A DNA stretch of 64,000 nucleotides from Epithemia pelagica (Eukaryota; Protista; Bacillariophyta). Location: assembly GCA_946965045.2 (NCBI GenBank), contig OX337238.1, forward strand, positions 682,001-746,000, read 5' to 3'. This document shows positions 21,081-31,994 of the stretch, piece by piece. A program made the position numbers and the translations under genes. The notes beneath the pieces are model-generated. The model was not told the origin of the DNA, did not search any database, and saw nothing but the letters and a program-made list of their open reading frames with translations. The stretch's first letter is position 1; the number at the start of each line of letters is the position of its first letter.

Positions 21081-21135
21081 TGACGCAAAATGATTCAGTA
21101 TGACGCAATATGACGTAAACGTAATCGATGATTCA
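21081..21135 (+). promoter_or_regulatory. Cluster of bZIP-type boxes upstream of LHCX (putative aureochrome/bZIP sites)
   Basis: TGACGC 21081, TGATTCA 21091, TGACGC 21101, TGACGT 21111 (exact 10-bp spacing), plus TGATTCA 21129; 135-190 bp upstream of the ATG. Confidence 0.6.
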
Positions 21136-21270
21136 TCACAAGTGGAGTGATTGTATCCCGCCAGCTACCCCAAGCTGACAGGGTTAGCACTAAAACCCAT
21201 TCTCGTATTCCATCACTCAACATTCTCACAATTTCGACAAGATACCAATTCGAAGACCAAACCAGAAACC

Positions 21271-21984
21271 ATGAAGTTCGCCGCCGCCTCCATCGCTCTT
21301 TTCGCTTCTACTGCCTCCGCCTTCAACCTTGGAAAGGCTCCCAAGCAAACTGCTCTTCAGGCCGCCTCCTTGAACGGATGGACCCCCGATGAGAAGGCCT
21401 TTGCCTACGGTCTACCTGGATCTTTGGACCCTGTGCCCGAATTCGACCCCTTGGGCTTTGCCGCCGATGCTGACCTCGACAAGGTCAAGCAATACCGTGA
21501 GGCCGAACTTCAGCACGGACGCGTAGCCATGTTGGCTGTTGTCGGATTCCTTGCCACCGAACAACCCTTTGAATTCCACCCTCTCTTCGAGACCGCCAAC
21601 AAGGACATTGGACCCGCGATCCGTCACTTGGACGAAGTCCGTGCCGTTGCCCCCATCTTCTTCGAGATCCTTGTCGTTGTCATTGGAGCCCTTGAGTTGA
21701 ACCGTGCCCTTGTTGGCTGGATCAAGCCCACTGAAGTCAAGAAGCAAGTGTTGAACGATGATTACTTCCCTGGTGACGTTGGCTTTGATCCCCTTGGTCT
21801 TCGCCCCTCCGACGAGACTGAATTCATTGCCTTGCACACCAAGGAATTGCAAAATGGCCGTCTTGCCATGCTTGGTGCCGCCGGTATTGTTGCCCAAGAA
21901 CTTGTCAACGGAAAGGAGATCTTTGTTAACTTGGGACTTTCCCCCGACAAATTCGACCCCTCCTCCCTCCCTGTCCAATTCTAA
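21271..21984 (+). CDS. LHCX: Light-harvesting complex protein of the LHCX/LI818 clade (Lhcx4-like), 237 aa, plastid-targeted
   Basis: Signal peptide with TASAF motif; FDPLGF, REAELQHGRVAMLA, GPAIRHL, PGDVGFDPLGL, KELQNGRLAML. The C-terminal extension FVNLGL..DKFDPSSLPVQF resembles Lhcx4-type proteins as recalled. Confidence 0.92.
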   Translation: MKFAAASIALFASTASAFNLGKAPKQTALQAASLNGWTPDEKAFAYGLPGSLDPVPEFDPLGFAADADLDKVKQYREAELQHGRVAMLAVVGFLATEQPFEFHPLFETANKDIGPAIRHLDEVRAVAPIFFEILVVVIGALELNRALVGWIKPTEVKKQVLNDDYFPGDVGFDPLGLRPSDETEFIALHTKELQNGRLAMLGAAGIVAQELVNGKEIFVNLGLSPDKFDPSSLPVQF

Positions 21985-22195
21985 TTCTTCCCTGATGTGC
22001 ATAAGCTTATGATATATCGAAACACTACCATTATTACGATCTATGTCTTCTTACCCCTGCCTTCCCCATTCTCTTGGGCTATGGGAGTAGCCGTCGACAG
22101 GATTTTTCACCCGTAACTGTAGCCTTTAGACATAGCATGGGTAGCTCAAAAGGCCGGCAACCCCAAAAGACCCATATAATCAACCTGTTGCTATC

Positions 22196-22534
22196 ATGAC
22201 TCGTTATTGCCTTGCGTGTGATTTGAAAGATAAACCTGAGTTGATTGACAAATACAAGGAGTACCATGCAGCAGGCAATGCATGGCCTGAGGTGACAAAG
22301 AGCATCACCGACAGTGGTATCACGGACATGCAAATTTTTTTGACCGGAAATCGTTTGTTCATGATCATGGAAACCGATGATTCCGTCTTTGATTTTGCCA
22401 AGAAAGCCGAAATGGATGCCTCCAACCCGAAAGTTCAAGAATGGGAAACAATGATGGATCAATTTCAGCAAAGATTGCCTTGGGCGAAGGAAGGGGTCAA
22501 GTGGGTGTTAATGGAAAAGATCTTTCAACTTTAG
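22196..22534 (+). CDS. rhaM: L-rhamnose mutarotase (RhaM/YiiL family), 112 aa, intronless
   Basis: RYCLACDLKDKPELIDKYKEYH..WPEV...SGITDMQIF..GNRLFM...NPKVQEWE..M..FQQ.LP...WVLMEKIFQL, including the catalytic His of the YH motif. Confidence 0.88.
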   Translation: MTRYCLACDLKDKPELIDKYKEYHAAGNAWPEVTKSITDSGITDMQIFLTGNRLFMIMETDDSVFDFAKKAEMDASNPKVQEWETMMDQFQQRLPWAKEGVKWVLMEKIFQL

Positions 22535-23589
22535 TTCACGCCGACGCAAGATAAACATGCATTGAGACTAAGCTTTTACTTGCTAAAAGATTCTTTTCTA
22601 ATTTCGACTCCTATCCAACATCGACGTTCGTCGAGTCTCTATCGCATTCTCATCGCTCCATAGAAGGCTTGCCATTCGAAGAGGTGCTCCATCGACCTCC
22701 GTCAAGAGCGATTGACCCTTGCCTTATCGTAAGATCGAACGAACCGTTGTCACCTACATACCGTGTAGACTCTAAGCCATCGGAGACTCAACATCGTCCC
22801 ACAAAAAGGTCATCGTGTTTGGCGAGTGTTCTCATGAAAATTTCAGAATTTTCGTGGGAGGGAAGTCGGCCCAAATCTTGTGTTGGGTCGTGTTTTGAGT
22901 GTTGGAAGTTGGAAGGGAAGCTAATTCTGGTCTCCCACAAACGCCTGCATGTACAAGGCATAAGTATGAAAATTTGTCTTCTTAATGACCGCGCGCCGGA
23001 CGATACAATGTTCTTAAGAGGTACCTAATTTTGCTTCCGGGATGGCGCCATTCGAGTCATGCGATCAGATACTCAACGGACTACGAACCCTATTTATTCA
23101 TTTTGATAGTATTTAGATCCGTAGTTTTATATTGTAGTTCTTACCACGCAGGTACTCATCTATGCCCCTCGCCGGTTTTCCTTTTGGTCTCGCTTTTCCG
23201 TCACACTTTCAGACAACCCGCCGAGAAGGCAAGAGGCCCGGAAGGGAAGGCAACAAATTCGTCGCATCGGCCAAATAAGAGAGAAAACGCAAGGACTCTG
23301 TTGTGTTACTCATTAGAAGAGAAATTTCAACATTGTTTATTGTTCTGGCTGTGTGGAGCAGCAATATCCAACTTCATTCCTGTGTCGCCGGAATTTGTAG
23401 CACCATGATTCGTTCCTCTGCCTGCTTGTCTGCGAATGACCTATCAATCGTCTGTGTAAGTCATGTTTGTTGTGAAAGCTTCTTCTGGCGTCGATGATGG
23501 AATGATTCACTGACTTGGAAGTATCGATCACAACACTGCAGCGGGTAAGAAAATCCCCCTTTACGACAAACCCGAGGTTTGAAGATGCA

Positions 23590-24573
23590 ATGGAAATGAC
23601 GTGTACCATGAGACATTGGTGTCCTGAAAGACCACGATCTATTGACAGTCTTTCAAAGAGTCTGACAAGGAGAAGGAACTCACCGACATCTACCCGGAAT
23701 GGAGACGAAAGTTCTAAAGATGTATCATCTGATTCCCAACTTTCCGAACCAGAATTGGTCCTGACGCATAACGACATTTCACCCATGGCTCAACAGAGAG
23801 CTATTTCTCCACTACCCTTACGAAATTCTAGTAGCAACAAAGCAGGAGAGAAGGAGAGTAGTTTTCCTGAAGCGACACATCTTCCTCTCTCTGATATTTT
23901 GGTGGTTGAATCGCTCTCCACAAAGAAGCAACAACAACGATCATACACACTTAGACTGACGACACAAACGCACGGCTTTTACGTATTTGACAATCTGAAT
24001 CTCAATAGCAGAGACGTCCTCTTGGCCTTTCTCAAAGCCAATATTGCCTCTGAACGCATCATGGAAGGTTCAGGTACCAGACCAGATGATTTATCTGTTC
24101 CTTCCTTGGGGTCGGCAAACTCTAGCAGTTCCATGGATGTGGACAAACTCACGTCGGAGAAAATGCGACGTTGCTCCGAACGTGAGAGCTTTGGTGAAAA
24201 GGTGTCTCGGCGGACGACACGCATTGCCATCATTTTATCGGATATCTGCAGCTCGATCAGTGACTCGGCATGTTGTAGAGGACGAGGCACGGATGATGAA
24301 CCCACCAAGGAGATGCCATCCGAATCACGAAAGAGCATACAGCTCGATCAAGGCAACTTGGAAGAAGAGGACTCAACGGTTTCTTCGGTTGTGGGTCGAA
24401 AGAGAGATGTTCGAAAGAAATCGCGAGTTCATCCTATGAGTGTTTCATCCACCCAACCTTCGCCTAAGAATCAAGAGGATAGAGAGAAAGCTCGAGAAAG
24501 TTTACGAGCCAACAAGTTCCCCAGTGGCCTGTCGGTTGAACTAGACCCGGCATCAGAGGAGCTCGAAAACTGA
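23590..24573 (+). CDS. Hypothetical protein (5' structure uncertain, upstream exon possible)
   Basis: Long open frame, Ser/Glu-rich, with a compact central segment (RSYTLRLTTQTHGFYVFDNLNLNSRDVLLAFLKANI). No family assigned. Confidence 0.6.
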   Translation: MEMTCTMRHWCPERPRSIDSLSKSLTRRRNSPTSTRNGDESSKDVSSDSQLSEPELVLTHNDISPMAQQRAISPLPLRNSSSNKAGEKESSFPEATHLPLSDILVVESLSTKKQQQRSYTLRLTTQTHGFYVFDNLNLNSRDVLLAFLKANIASERIMEGSGTRPDDLSVPSLGSANSSSSMDVDKLTSEKMRRCSERESFGEKVSRRTTRIAIILSDICSSISDSACCRGRGTDDEPTKEMPSESRKSIQLDQGNLEEEDSTVSSVVGRKRDVRKKSRVHPMSVSSTQPSPKNQEDREKARESLRANKFPSGLSVELDPASEELEN

Positions 24574-25398
24574 GCATTCCTCGTCTAGCCAGCGCATGTG
24601 CGCGGCCTCCTGTATGAAAGGAACAATAGAAAATGGAACACATGGTTGAGAGACTCTTGCGCCTTGATACTTTAATCCAACCCCTGTATCTTTATACGCT
24701 TATCATCAAGCTCAGATTGCAGTTAAAAAAGCTTTGATACTCTCAGCTATAGTAATCAAGAACATAAATATACAAGAAATACGATCCTCACAGCTTGCAC
24801 GAAGTAGCCGACGATTGTTGGCCGTCCATCACTTACCGTTTGTTTCAAGTGAGGACAACCTGTAGGTCGAGAAATTATACCGAATGTGACAACCTTTGAG
24901 GTACCGCTGGCGTGAGTGAACTGATCTCCAAGAATTGTTGCAACATTTGTTTGTCTAGAATCCATTGATTGGGGCTGGGTCTTTTCCCCTCTCCCATCCA
25001 CTCGTTCCATTGTGCCATGTTTGGAATTTGGAACGGCCAAAGGTTCTTTAGTGGATCTTTTTTCATCTTCCTTGCGGGAACGGGGGGCTCCGAGCTTCCA
25101 TTCCAAATAAATGGGGGCATCTTACGGAAACCCGGGGCGGCGAACAGGTACCCCTTACGTCGGTTTTGTGAGTTGTGAAGCGTTTGGGGGTGAAAGATCC
25201 AAGATCCAACGGATGTCAAAGATGCAGCCAAGAGCCAACAACAACAAACAGAGAAGAATGCATAACAGAAGCCGAAAGCCTCTTTCACTCTACCACAGGT
25301 TCAGATCCAAACCTCATGCTACTTGTCGAACGATTGAGGTTGATATGACTCTATTGGTGTGCCAAATTCCTTAGCTCGTCGACAAAAGCAGGGTAAAG

Positions 25399-26856
25399 AT
25401 GACTCCTCCACTTCCCAAACGATATCAACAACAGCAAAATGATCAAAGGTGTACCAGTAGCGGTAAGAAACGCGTTGGTCATTCCAACGCGCCCAAGGAT
25501 TCCCGAAAGAGCTTAAACGGCTGGCTTTTTGTAGGGATATTGACTCTGTTGGTTTCGATCGAGGAAACGATGCTCTTTTTTATAACCAACGCACCAATAC
25601 ACAACGAAGTGGTCCAACGACAGCAACAAGAACAATCTCGATCGGAATCAACAAGAAGTTTCCCCTCTTCATCCTTTGAGACTGAGATGCGACATAATTT
25701 TATTCGCTCTAAAGACAAGGACAGTTCTCCGTCCAGATTCAACTCCCCCTTTCGCTTTGTTGCTTCTCCAGAGATGTTATTGTTTTCGGACGAAGAATTT
25801 CGGGATCCAGTGTTTTCGATGCATATAACAAGTCTGAGTGAAGTGCAAGACTATCGCTGGAAGCACCAAGACCGAATACCCCTGGACGAACCCATTGTAT
25901 ACGTTATCACGCCTACGACATCCAAGCGAGGACTGACTCAACTCGACAATTTGATGTCTTTTGGTCAAACTTTGAAGCTGGATGGGAATATTTATTGGGT
26001 GATTGTGGAAGATACGGACACGTGTTGTTCGTCAACCGTTCGGGCTTGGTTGCATCGCCTCGGGTTGCCCTTTGCGCATGTTATTGCCAAGACTAATCCA
26101 CCCAAGGGTGCTCCTGGTCATCGCGGTGTGGATCAACGGAATCGTGGCTTGGAAGTAGTGGAATCTTTGGTTGAAGATGATAGCCTAAGATCGGCAACGA
26201 CACACAACACAACAAGCAACATGATGGGTGTTGTGTATTTTGGCGATGATGACAACACATATGACCTTCGCTTGTTTCCGGCGCTGCGGGAAACCAAGAC
26301 AGTCGGTGTGCTTCCTGTTGGCTTCACGGGCATGGGAACTCATGAACGTTGCATTGTAAACCGTACCACTGGTCTTATCATGTCGATGGCATCTGGCTTT
26401 AACCAACGTCGCAAGTTTCCTATCGACATGGCTGGATTTGCATTTCACACGGACCTATTGCTCCCAAACAACACGAAGCGACCACACTCGCATCGAAAAG
26501 TTCGATTCAACTGGATGTGGGAACCAGGATCTTTAGAAACGAGGTTTATGGAACAGCTGGCGAAGAAACGTTCGGACGTGAATCCACTGGGGGATAATTG
26601 CACCAAACTTTACGTGTGGCATACCCGTCCCGTTTCCGTCCCTTTCAAAGCCGGACCCTCTCGAAGGAATTATTGGCATGATGTGGGCATTCCGCCTCCG
26701 CCACCCGTCTTTCCTTGGCGGAAAGAGCATCACAGTCGATTCCCTAATGAATCTTTTGACGACTACAATGAATTTGCCCACATTGCATCGCGAGTGGGAG
26801 GTGTGGTGAATGCTGTACAGAGGGATCCTTTCTTCTTATTGAAGCAGTCGATATGA
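25399..26856 (+). CDS. GT43-family beta-1,3-glucuronosyltransferase-like protein, copy A (type II membrane)
   Basis: N-terminal TM helix; IVYVITPT, YWVIVED, RGVDQRN.GL, GVVYFGDDDNTYDLRLF, PIDMAGFAF, LETRF, VWHTR. Confidence 0.92.
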   Translation: MTPPLPKRYQQQQNDQRCTSSGKKRVGHSNAPKDSRKSLNGWLFVGILTLLVSIEETMLFFITNAPIHNEVVQRQQQEQSRSESTRSFPSSSFETEMRHNFIRSKDKDSSPSRFNSPFRFVASPEMLLFSDEEFRDPVFSMHITSLSEVQDYRWKHQDRIPLDEPIVYVITPTTSKRGLTQLDNLMSFGQTLKLDGNIYWVIVEDTDTCCSSTVRAWLHRLGLPFAHVIAKTNPPKGAPGHRGVDQRNRGLEVVESLVEDDSLRSATTHNTTSNMMGVVYFGDDDNTYDLRLFPALRETKTVGVLPVGFTGMGTHERCIVNRTTGLIMSMASGFNQRRKFPIDMAGFAFHTDLLLPNNTKRPHSHRKVRFNWMWEPGSLETRFMEQLAKKRSDVNPLGDNCTKLYVWHTRPVSVPFKAGPSRRNYWHDVGIPPPPPVFPWRKEHHSRFPNESFDDYNEFAHIASRVGGVVNAVQRDPFFLLKQSI

Positions 26857-27258
26857 CAGTCTTAAATTTCTGAACAGGTTCTATTCACAGCAATCAACGT
26901 CGAGGACTATTTTTGAAAACAGTGTTTTCTGTCTCGGTTAGTTGGGCATTGTTGTTGTTTGACGCCTTGCCGCAAATCGGAGGAATGTATGTTTGTCCCC
27001 GCAACCCCTGAAGTCTTTACGTCATATGAACAAAATGTGATCAGTATCAGCAATATGTGGTCAAGCGACGGATGAGGAACCTTGACTTCAGACGGAGACA
27101 GCAATATCTATGCAAACTAGCAGTCCTACCAAGTTTGTTGCCTTGATATATAAGAAGGAACCCCCGGCACTGGCAACCAAACCTGAACGTATTTCCTCCT
27201 AATAGCGCTACTCAATCCTATCCTATTCTATATAGAGGAGTAGTCTCTAGCAGCAATA

Positions 27259-27853
27259 AGGGCTGGGTAAGCCGATCCATGTTCGGCTAAGTAGGCTCAG
27301 TACATTAATCTACGTAGAGTACATAAAATCAGATAGTACACGTCACGCCGGATTTCAAAAAAATGCAAAAACGCTCGACAATGATGGCGAGATCCGGTGA
27401 CGCCGTATGCATTCACCCATGCATCGCATAAACATCCAACCACCGTAAGTCCTTTGCCTTTACCTTTGAAATGGTTGTCTGAAATTACAGAAGATTTGCC
27501 AAGTTGGCTGAAAAGGTACGCTCATTTTTCTGCAGTGATGAAATCGAACGACCGCCCTAACTCATTCATTTTTCAAGGGTGCCTGAATCAAAGTGAAAGC
27601 AAAGTTGCTCTAGTAGTAAAGATTCTTATTGTAAAAGTGATTCAGGCAGGCTCAATTGTTCAGGAAGTTATTGCCATGGGGGTGATGCCTTCCACCATTG
27701 TCGAGCGATGGCTTCCAATTTGCATTGTTTCTCGTGGCAGCAAGTTTTCAATTTGAGACCATCCGCCCCACTTGTTACACACATGAAAATAGTACTACGT
27801 ACATTAATGTACTGAGCCTACTTAGCCGAACATGGATCGGCTTACCCAGCCCT
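27259..27853. mobile_element. MITE / non-autonomous TIR DNA transposon, 595 bp, TA target-site duplication
   Basis: Perfect inverted repeat 27255-27309 / 27803-27857 (includes the TA and flanking AA/TT), extending inward to 27317/27795 with one mismatch. Flanks AA-TA|...|TA-TT. Internal 15/16 IR at 27372-27387 / 27692-27707. No transposase. Confidence 0.88.
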
Positions 27854-28027
27854 TATTAGCACTACCCCTAAAGATACCTGCCACTAATGACTACGGTCAT
27901 GACCCTCCCGACTCCCGACAGAACACCTCTCCATTGCTCTTGCAGAGGAGGCAAACACGAGATTGTTACATCCAGCCAACCGACTATCTGAAACAAGATA
28001 GCAAAGCTTGGATAAGTTCAAGTGAAA

Positions 28028-29524
28028 ATGACCCGTCCACTCCCCCAGGCCAATCAACAATGGCTAAAAGAAAGCAGTTATGCCAGCAGTACTAAGAATC
28101 ACTCCCCGAATGGGAACGACCTCTCACAGTCCAGCCAATATGAATCAAGTCCCGAGGACTCTCGAGTGAAGGCAAGTTGCTGGTTCTTTGTGATGCTTTT
28201 TGTTCTGTTGGTGCCTATTGAGGAAACAATCTTCTTCTTTATCACCAACGCACAAACTCAGAATGGGTCAATCCAACGACAACAAGAACGATCGCTATCG
28301 AAATCAACAAGAAGTTTCGAATCCTCTCGATTTAAAAATGCGATTCGATATAGTGTCATTCACACCGAAGACAACGACAATCCTCCGTCAAGTTCAAAAG
28401 CCAAGTCTGTACCTCGTTCCCCCTTTCGCTTTGATGCTTCACCAGACATGCTATGGTTTTCAGAAAACGAATCACTTGATCCAGTGAATTCGACTTACAT
28501 AACAAGTCCGAGTGAAGTGCAACAGTATCGCTGGAAGCATCGAGACCGAATACCCTTGGACGAACCCATCGTATACATTATCACGCCAACAACATCCAAG
28601 CGAGGGCTGACTCAACTCGACAATTTGATGTCTTTTGGTCAAACTTTGAAGCTGGATGGAAATATTTACTGGGTGATTGTGGAAGATACGGACACGTGTT
28701 GTTCGTCAACAGTTCGGTCTTTGTTGCATCGCCTCGGGTTACCCTTTGCGCATGTTATTGCCAAAACCAATCCACCCAAGGGTGCTCCTGGTCATCGCGG
28801 TGTGGATCAACGGAATCATGCCTTGGAATTGGTGGAATCTTCGGTTCAGGATCAGGGTCAACGATTGATGACGACAAGTAACATGACAAGCAGCATGACA
28901 GGCGTTGTGTATTTTGGCGATGATGACAACACATATGATCTGCGCTTGTTTCCGGCCTTACGTGAAACCAAGACGGTCGGTATGTTGCCTGTTGGCCTTT
29001 TCGGAATGTCCAGTATTGAACGTTGCGTTGTGAATCGTACCACAGGTCGCATAATGTCCATTTCATCCGGCTATCTGCAACGGGCTCGAACATTTCCGAT
29101 TGACATGGCTGGATTTGCATTTCACACGGATCTGTTGCTCCCGAACAACACGAAGCGACCACGTCCGCATGGAAAAGTCCGATTCAACTGGATGTGGGCA
29201 CCAGGATCTTTGGAAACGAGGTTTTTGGAACAGTTGGTGGAAAAGCGGTCCGATGTGAATCCACTGGGGGATAATTGCACAAAACTCTACGCGTGGCATA
29301 CGAAAATCCTCTCCATGTCTTTCCAACACGGAAACCGGCCCCTTGTTAGAGGAAAGTATATCCATGATGTTAGCCCTCCACGACGTCCACCTGTCTTTCC
29401 TTATCGAAAGTCTCACCACAGTCGATTTCCCAATGAAACGTTTGACGACTACATTGAATTTGCCCACATTGCATCGCGAGTGGGAGGTGAAGTGAATGCT
29501 AAACCAAGGGATCGCTCGCTCTAG
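28028..29524 (+). CDS. GT43-family beta-1,3-glucuronosyltransferase-like protein, copy B (tandem paralogue)
   Basis: Same GT43 motifs as copy A. MTRPLPQ start parallels MTPPLPK of copy A. Confidence 0.92.
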   Translation: MTRPLPQANQQWLKESSYASSTKNHSPNGNDLSQSSQYESSPEDSRVKASCWFFVMLFVLLVPIEETIFFFITNAQTQNGSIQRQQERSLSKSTRSFESSRFKNAIRYSVIHTEDNDNPPSSSKAKSVPRSPFRFDASPDMLWFSENESLDPVNSTYITSPSEVQQYRWKHRDRIPLDEPIVYIITPTTSKRGLTQLDNLMSFGQTLKLDGNIYWVIVEDTDTCCSSTVRSLLHRLGLPFAHVIAKTNPPKGAPGHRGVDQRNHALELVESSVQDQGQRLMTTSNMTSSMTGVVYFGDDDNTYDLRLFPALRETKTVGMLPVGLFGMSSIERCVVNRTTGRIMSISSGYLQRARTFPIDMAGFAFHTDLLLPNNTKRPRPHGKVRFNWMWAPGSLETRFLEQLVEKRSDVNPLGDNCTKLYAWHTKILSMSFQHGNRPLVRGKYIHDVSPPRRPPVFPYRKSHHSRFPNETFDDYIEFAHIASRVGGEVNAKPRDRSL

Positions 29525-30684
29525 TCAAATGATTCGAGACAGTCAGTCGAGACTGTCTTTTTGATTTATGAGTGGCATGCATCTCATTGTTAACGATAAT
29601 GCTACATCCTATCTCAGTCTGTGGTCCATACTTTACCGTAACATTTGGTCTCATGATGTATTGCATAGTTTGCAACATAGAGGACGAGGGAAGGAGTGAC
29701 CGTGGGAATGAGGCATCCAGGGTATGGATTTTGCATACGAGTGGTGATGATTGTCTCCCAACGTCCTGGTATTGCGGTGACGAATGCAATGCTGTATGGT
29801 ATGACCATGCTTCGTGGTGCCAGAAAATAGATCATGTTTATTTGTTGCTTGGGTACCAGATCCTCCTCATTCCATGTCGACCGATGCAATGCTCTGTTGC
29901 TTTCATGGCTTCTGCTGCCTATGAAATATAAGGGAATTACGATACGGAGAGGCAAGAAAGTGTTGTGTCCTTTTTCTTTTCTGTGTAGCGGTGCAGAAGG
30001 ACTTGTCATTGTGTCGTCGAGGGATCAAATTCGAAGCCTGGTCACGAACAACGAGATCCTGATGCGAGCCCAGACAACCGCCGATTCATTCCTCCCAGTA
30101 ATCGGACTATGGCACTTCCCTTGACAACCTCCTAGCTAGCACAAGAAGTGGGTTGAATTATCCAGTAACAAGGGACCAATCTATCGATGGGATACAATCG
30201 ATCACCCATCATCCGTCCTCACAAAATCCGATTGATCGCTTGACTATGGAAGAAAAGCCAGTTCCAGTCCCTTGTTACATCGTTCGACAACCAGAGGAGG
30301 AGCGCAGCTTTGCATTCCAATAGTTTTACTCCCTTGTTGATTGTTCTGTTCTCATGGTCCTTCTTGGGTTGGTTCCTTCTGCCGACTACAGCTAGGAGTA
30401 GTTTCATGCCCCACATCCATATTGTGAGAATGGCGTTCTGTGCTAGCTCGCATAGCATTATTTAAACCCCAGTGCTCTCTAAGGACTTTTCTATTGGCTT
30501 ATATAAATTAAATATAATATCAGCACCGCTTGAGAATAGCAAACCTCAAAAGATTCGTTGTGTCCGTCTCAGGGACAAAGATACCGTATGCGAAGAGATA
30601 CACCCAATTTCCAACTCGTCTTGCCAGAATTTCATGGCTTTGTCGAAAAGATTGAGGCAGGCACTTTCCTAACACAAGTTTACA

Positions 30685-31994
30685 ATGATAAACGAGAAGA
30701 CTGCACTCTTGTTCCAAGTCCCTCAAGCGGAGGTGAATGAAACACCATCGCCCTGGAAAGAGGGTACCGGTGGCGGCAACATTGCGACAGGCGATGAAGA
30801 AGACCGGCCTCCGACGGTGCAAGAGTTCCGCAGTCGAACTCGTCGACTGCTATCTTCGGGAAGCTCGTCCTTTGCCCAGTCCATGCGCTTTGTCGTAGAT
30901 TCCACATTTTCCTTCTCCGGCAAGGCCGTGAGCGTGCGAGAGTTTAGTGGCCGAGCGACCGTGGCATCGGAAATTGCCACCATTTCCAAGAATCTGATTG
31001 GTGGCGGTGTCCTCTCGTTATCTGGAGGCATTGCTCTATGTGCCAATGCACCCATTGCGATTCTACCTGCTTCTATATGGATTGTTCTTCTGGGTGGAGT
31101 GTTTGGGTACTACTGCTGGCTCATTGGCAAGTTGTGCAAAGTGACTGGGCAAATCACCTACCGCGAACTTTGGCATGACACGGTCGGAGAACGAGGAGCC
31201 TCGTTTGTCCCCTTTGTCAATGCATTCAAGGCAGGACTTGGGAATCTAGGATATTCTGCCATTTTGTCACAGACAGGAGTTTCACTCTGCCAATCCATGG
31301 GTTACAATGTGTCACGCCTTACCAGTTTGTTCGTGATCACTCTAACCATGATACTCCCCTTGTGTTTACTCAAGAATCTGCATGTCCTATCACCCTTTTC
31401 CGTTCTCGGCACGACGGGTATTCTGATCACTGCCATTGCCATGACAGTTCGATTCCTAGATGGTACTTATCGCCCTGGCGGTCGATTCTATCAAGATCTT
31501 GACCCGGAGTATTTGCCCTCCTTTGGAGAAACCAACGGGGCCTGGGGCCATGGCATTTTGCCATTTGTCTGCATGTGCTTCGAGTGATGCATTACAATTC
31601 TGCTCGCTTGTACGCCGAACTGAAGGACACAAGCCTGGCCCGTTTCGGAGGAGTTGTGGGCGGTTCCTTTGGCTTTACCGCGGCCGTCTACATTGCCATT
31701 GCGAGTGTTGGTTTTCTAACGTTTGGATCCAACTCGAGCAGCTACATACTCAACAATTACAGTCCCTCGGATCCCTTGGCAACATTGTGTCGGGTCATGG
31801 TGGCCTTTTCCACACTCACAAGTTATCCAATCGTGTTTATGGGATTTCGTGATGGAATGCTAGAACTCTTGGATATTGCCATGCATCTTCATACCGAGCC
31901 CAATGTCAATCTCCTTTCCGTGATTTTACTCGCTGGTCTCAACATACGCAAATACATGCTCAATATTCCTAGCATCGTACGCCATTCCACGTAG
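30685..31994 (+). pseudogene. Amino-acid transporter (Aa_trans/AAAP family), frameshifted and apparently 3'-truncated
   Basis: ISKNLIGGGVLSLSG, TYRELW, LPLCLLKNL..LSPFS.LG. The frame ends VCMCFE* (31585-31587) and continues directly in another frame as VMHYNSARLY with no intron between. After NLLSVILLAGL the last TM helices expected for the family are not seen. Confidence 0.8.

Noticed and set aside
24756-25288. Signal-peptide-like minus-strand ORFs upstream of GT43-A
   Set aside because: The frame with the signal-like segment lacks an ATG, the two overlapping frames disagree, and no family is recognised.
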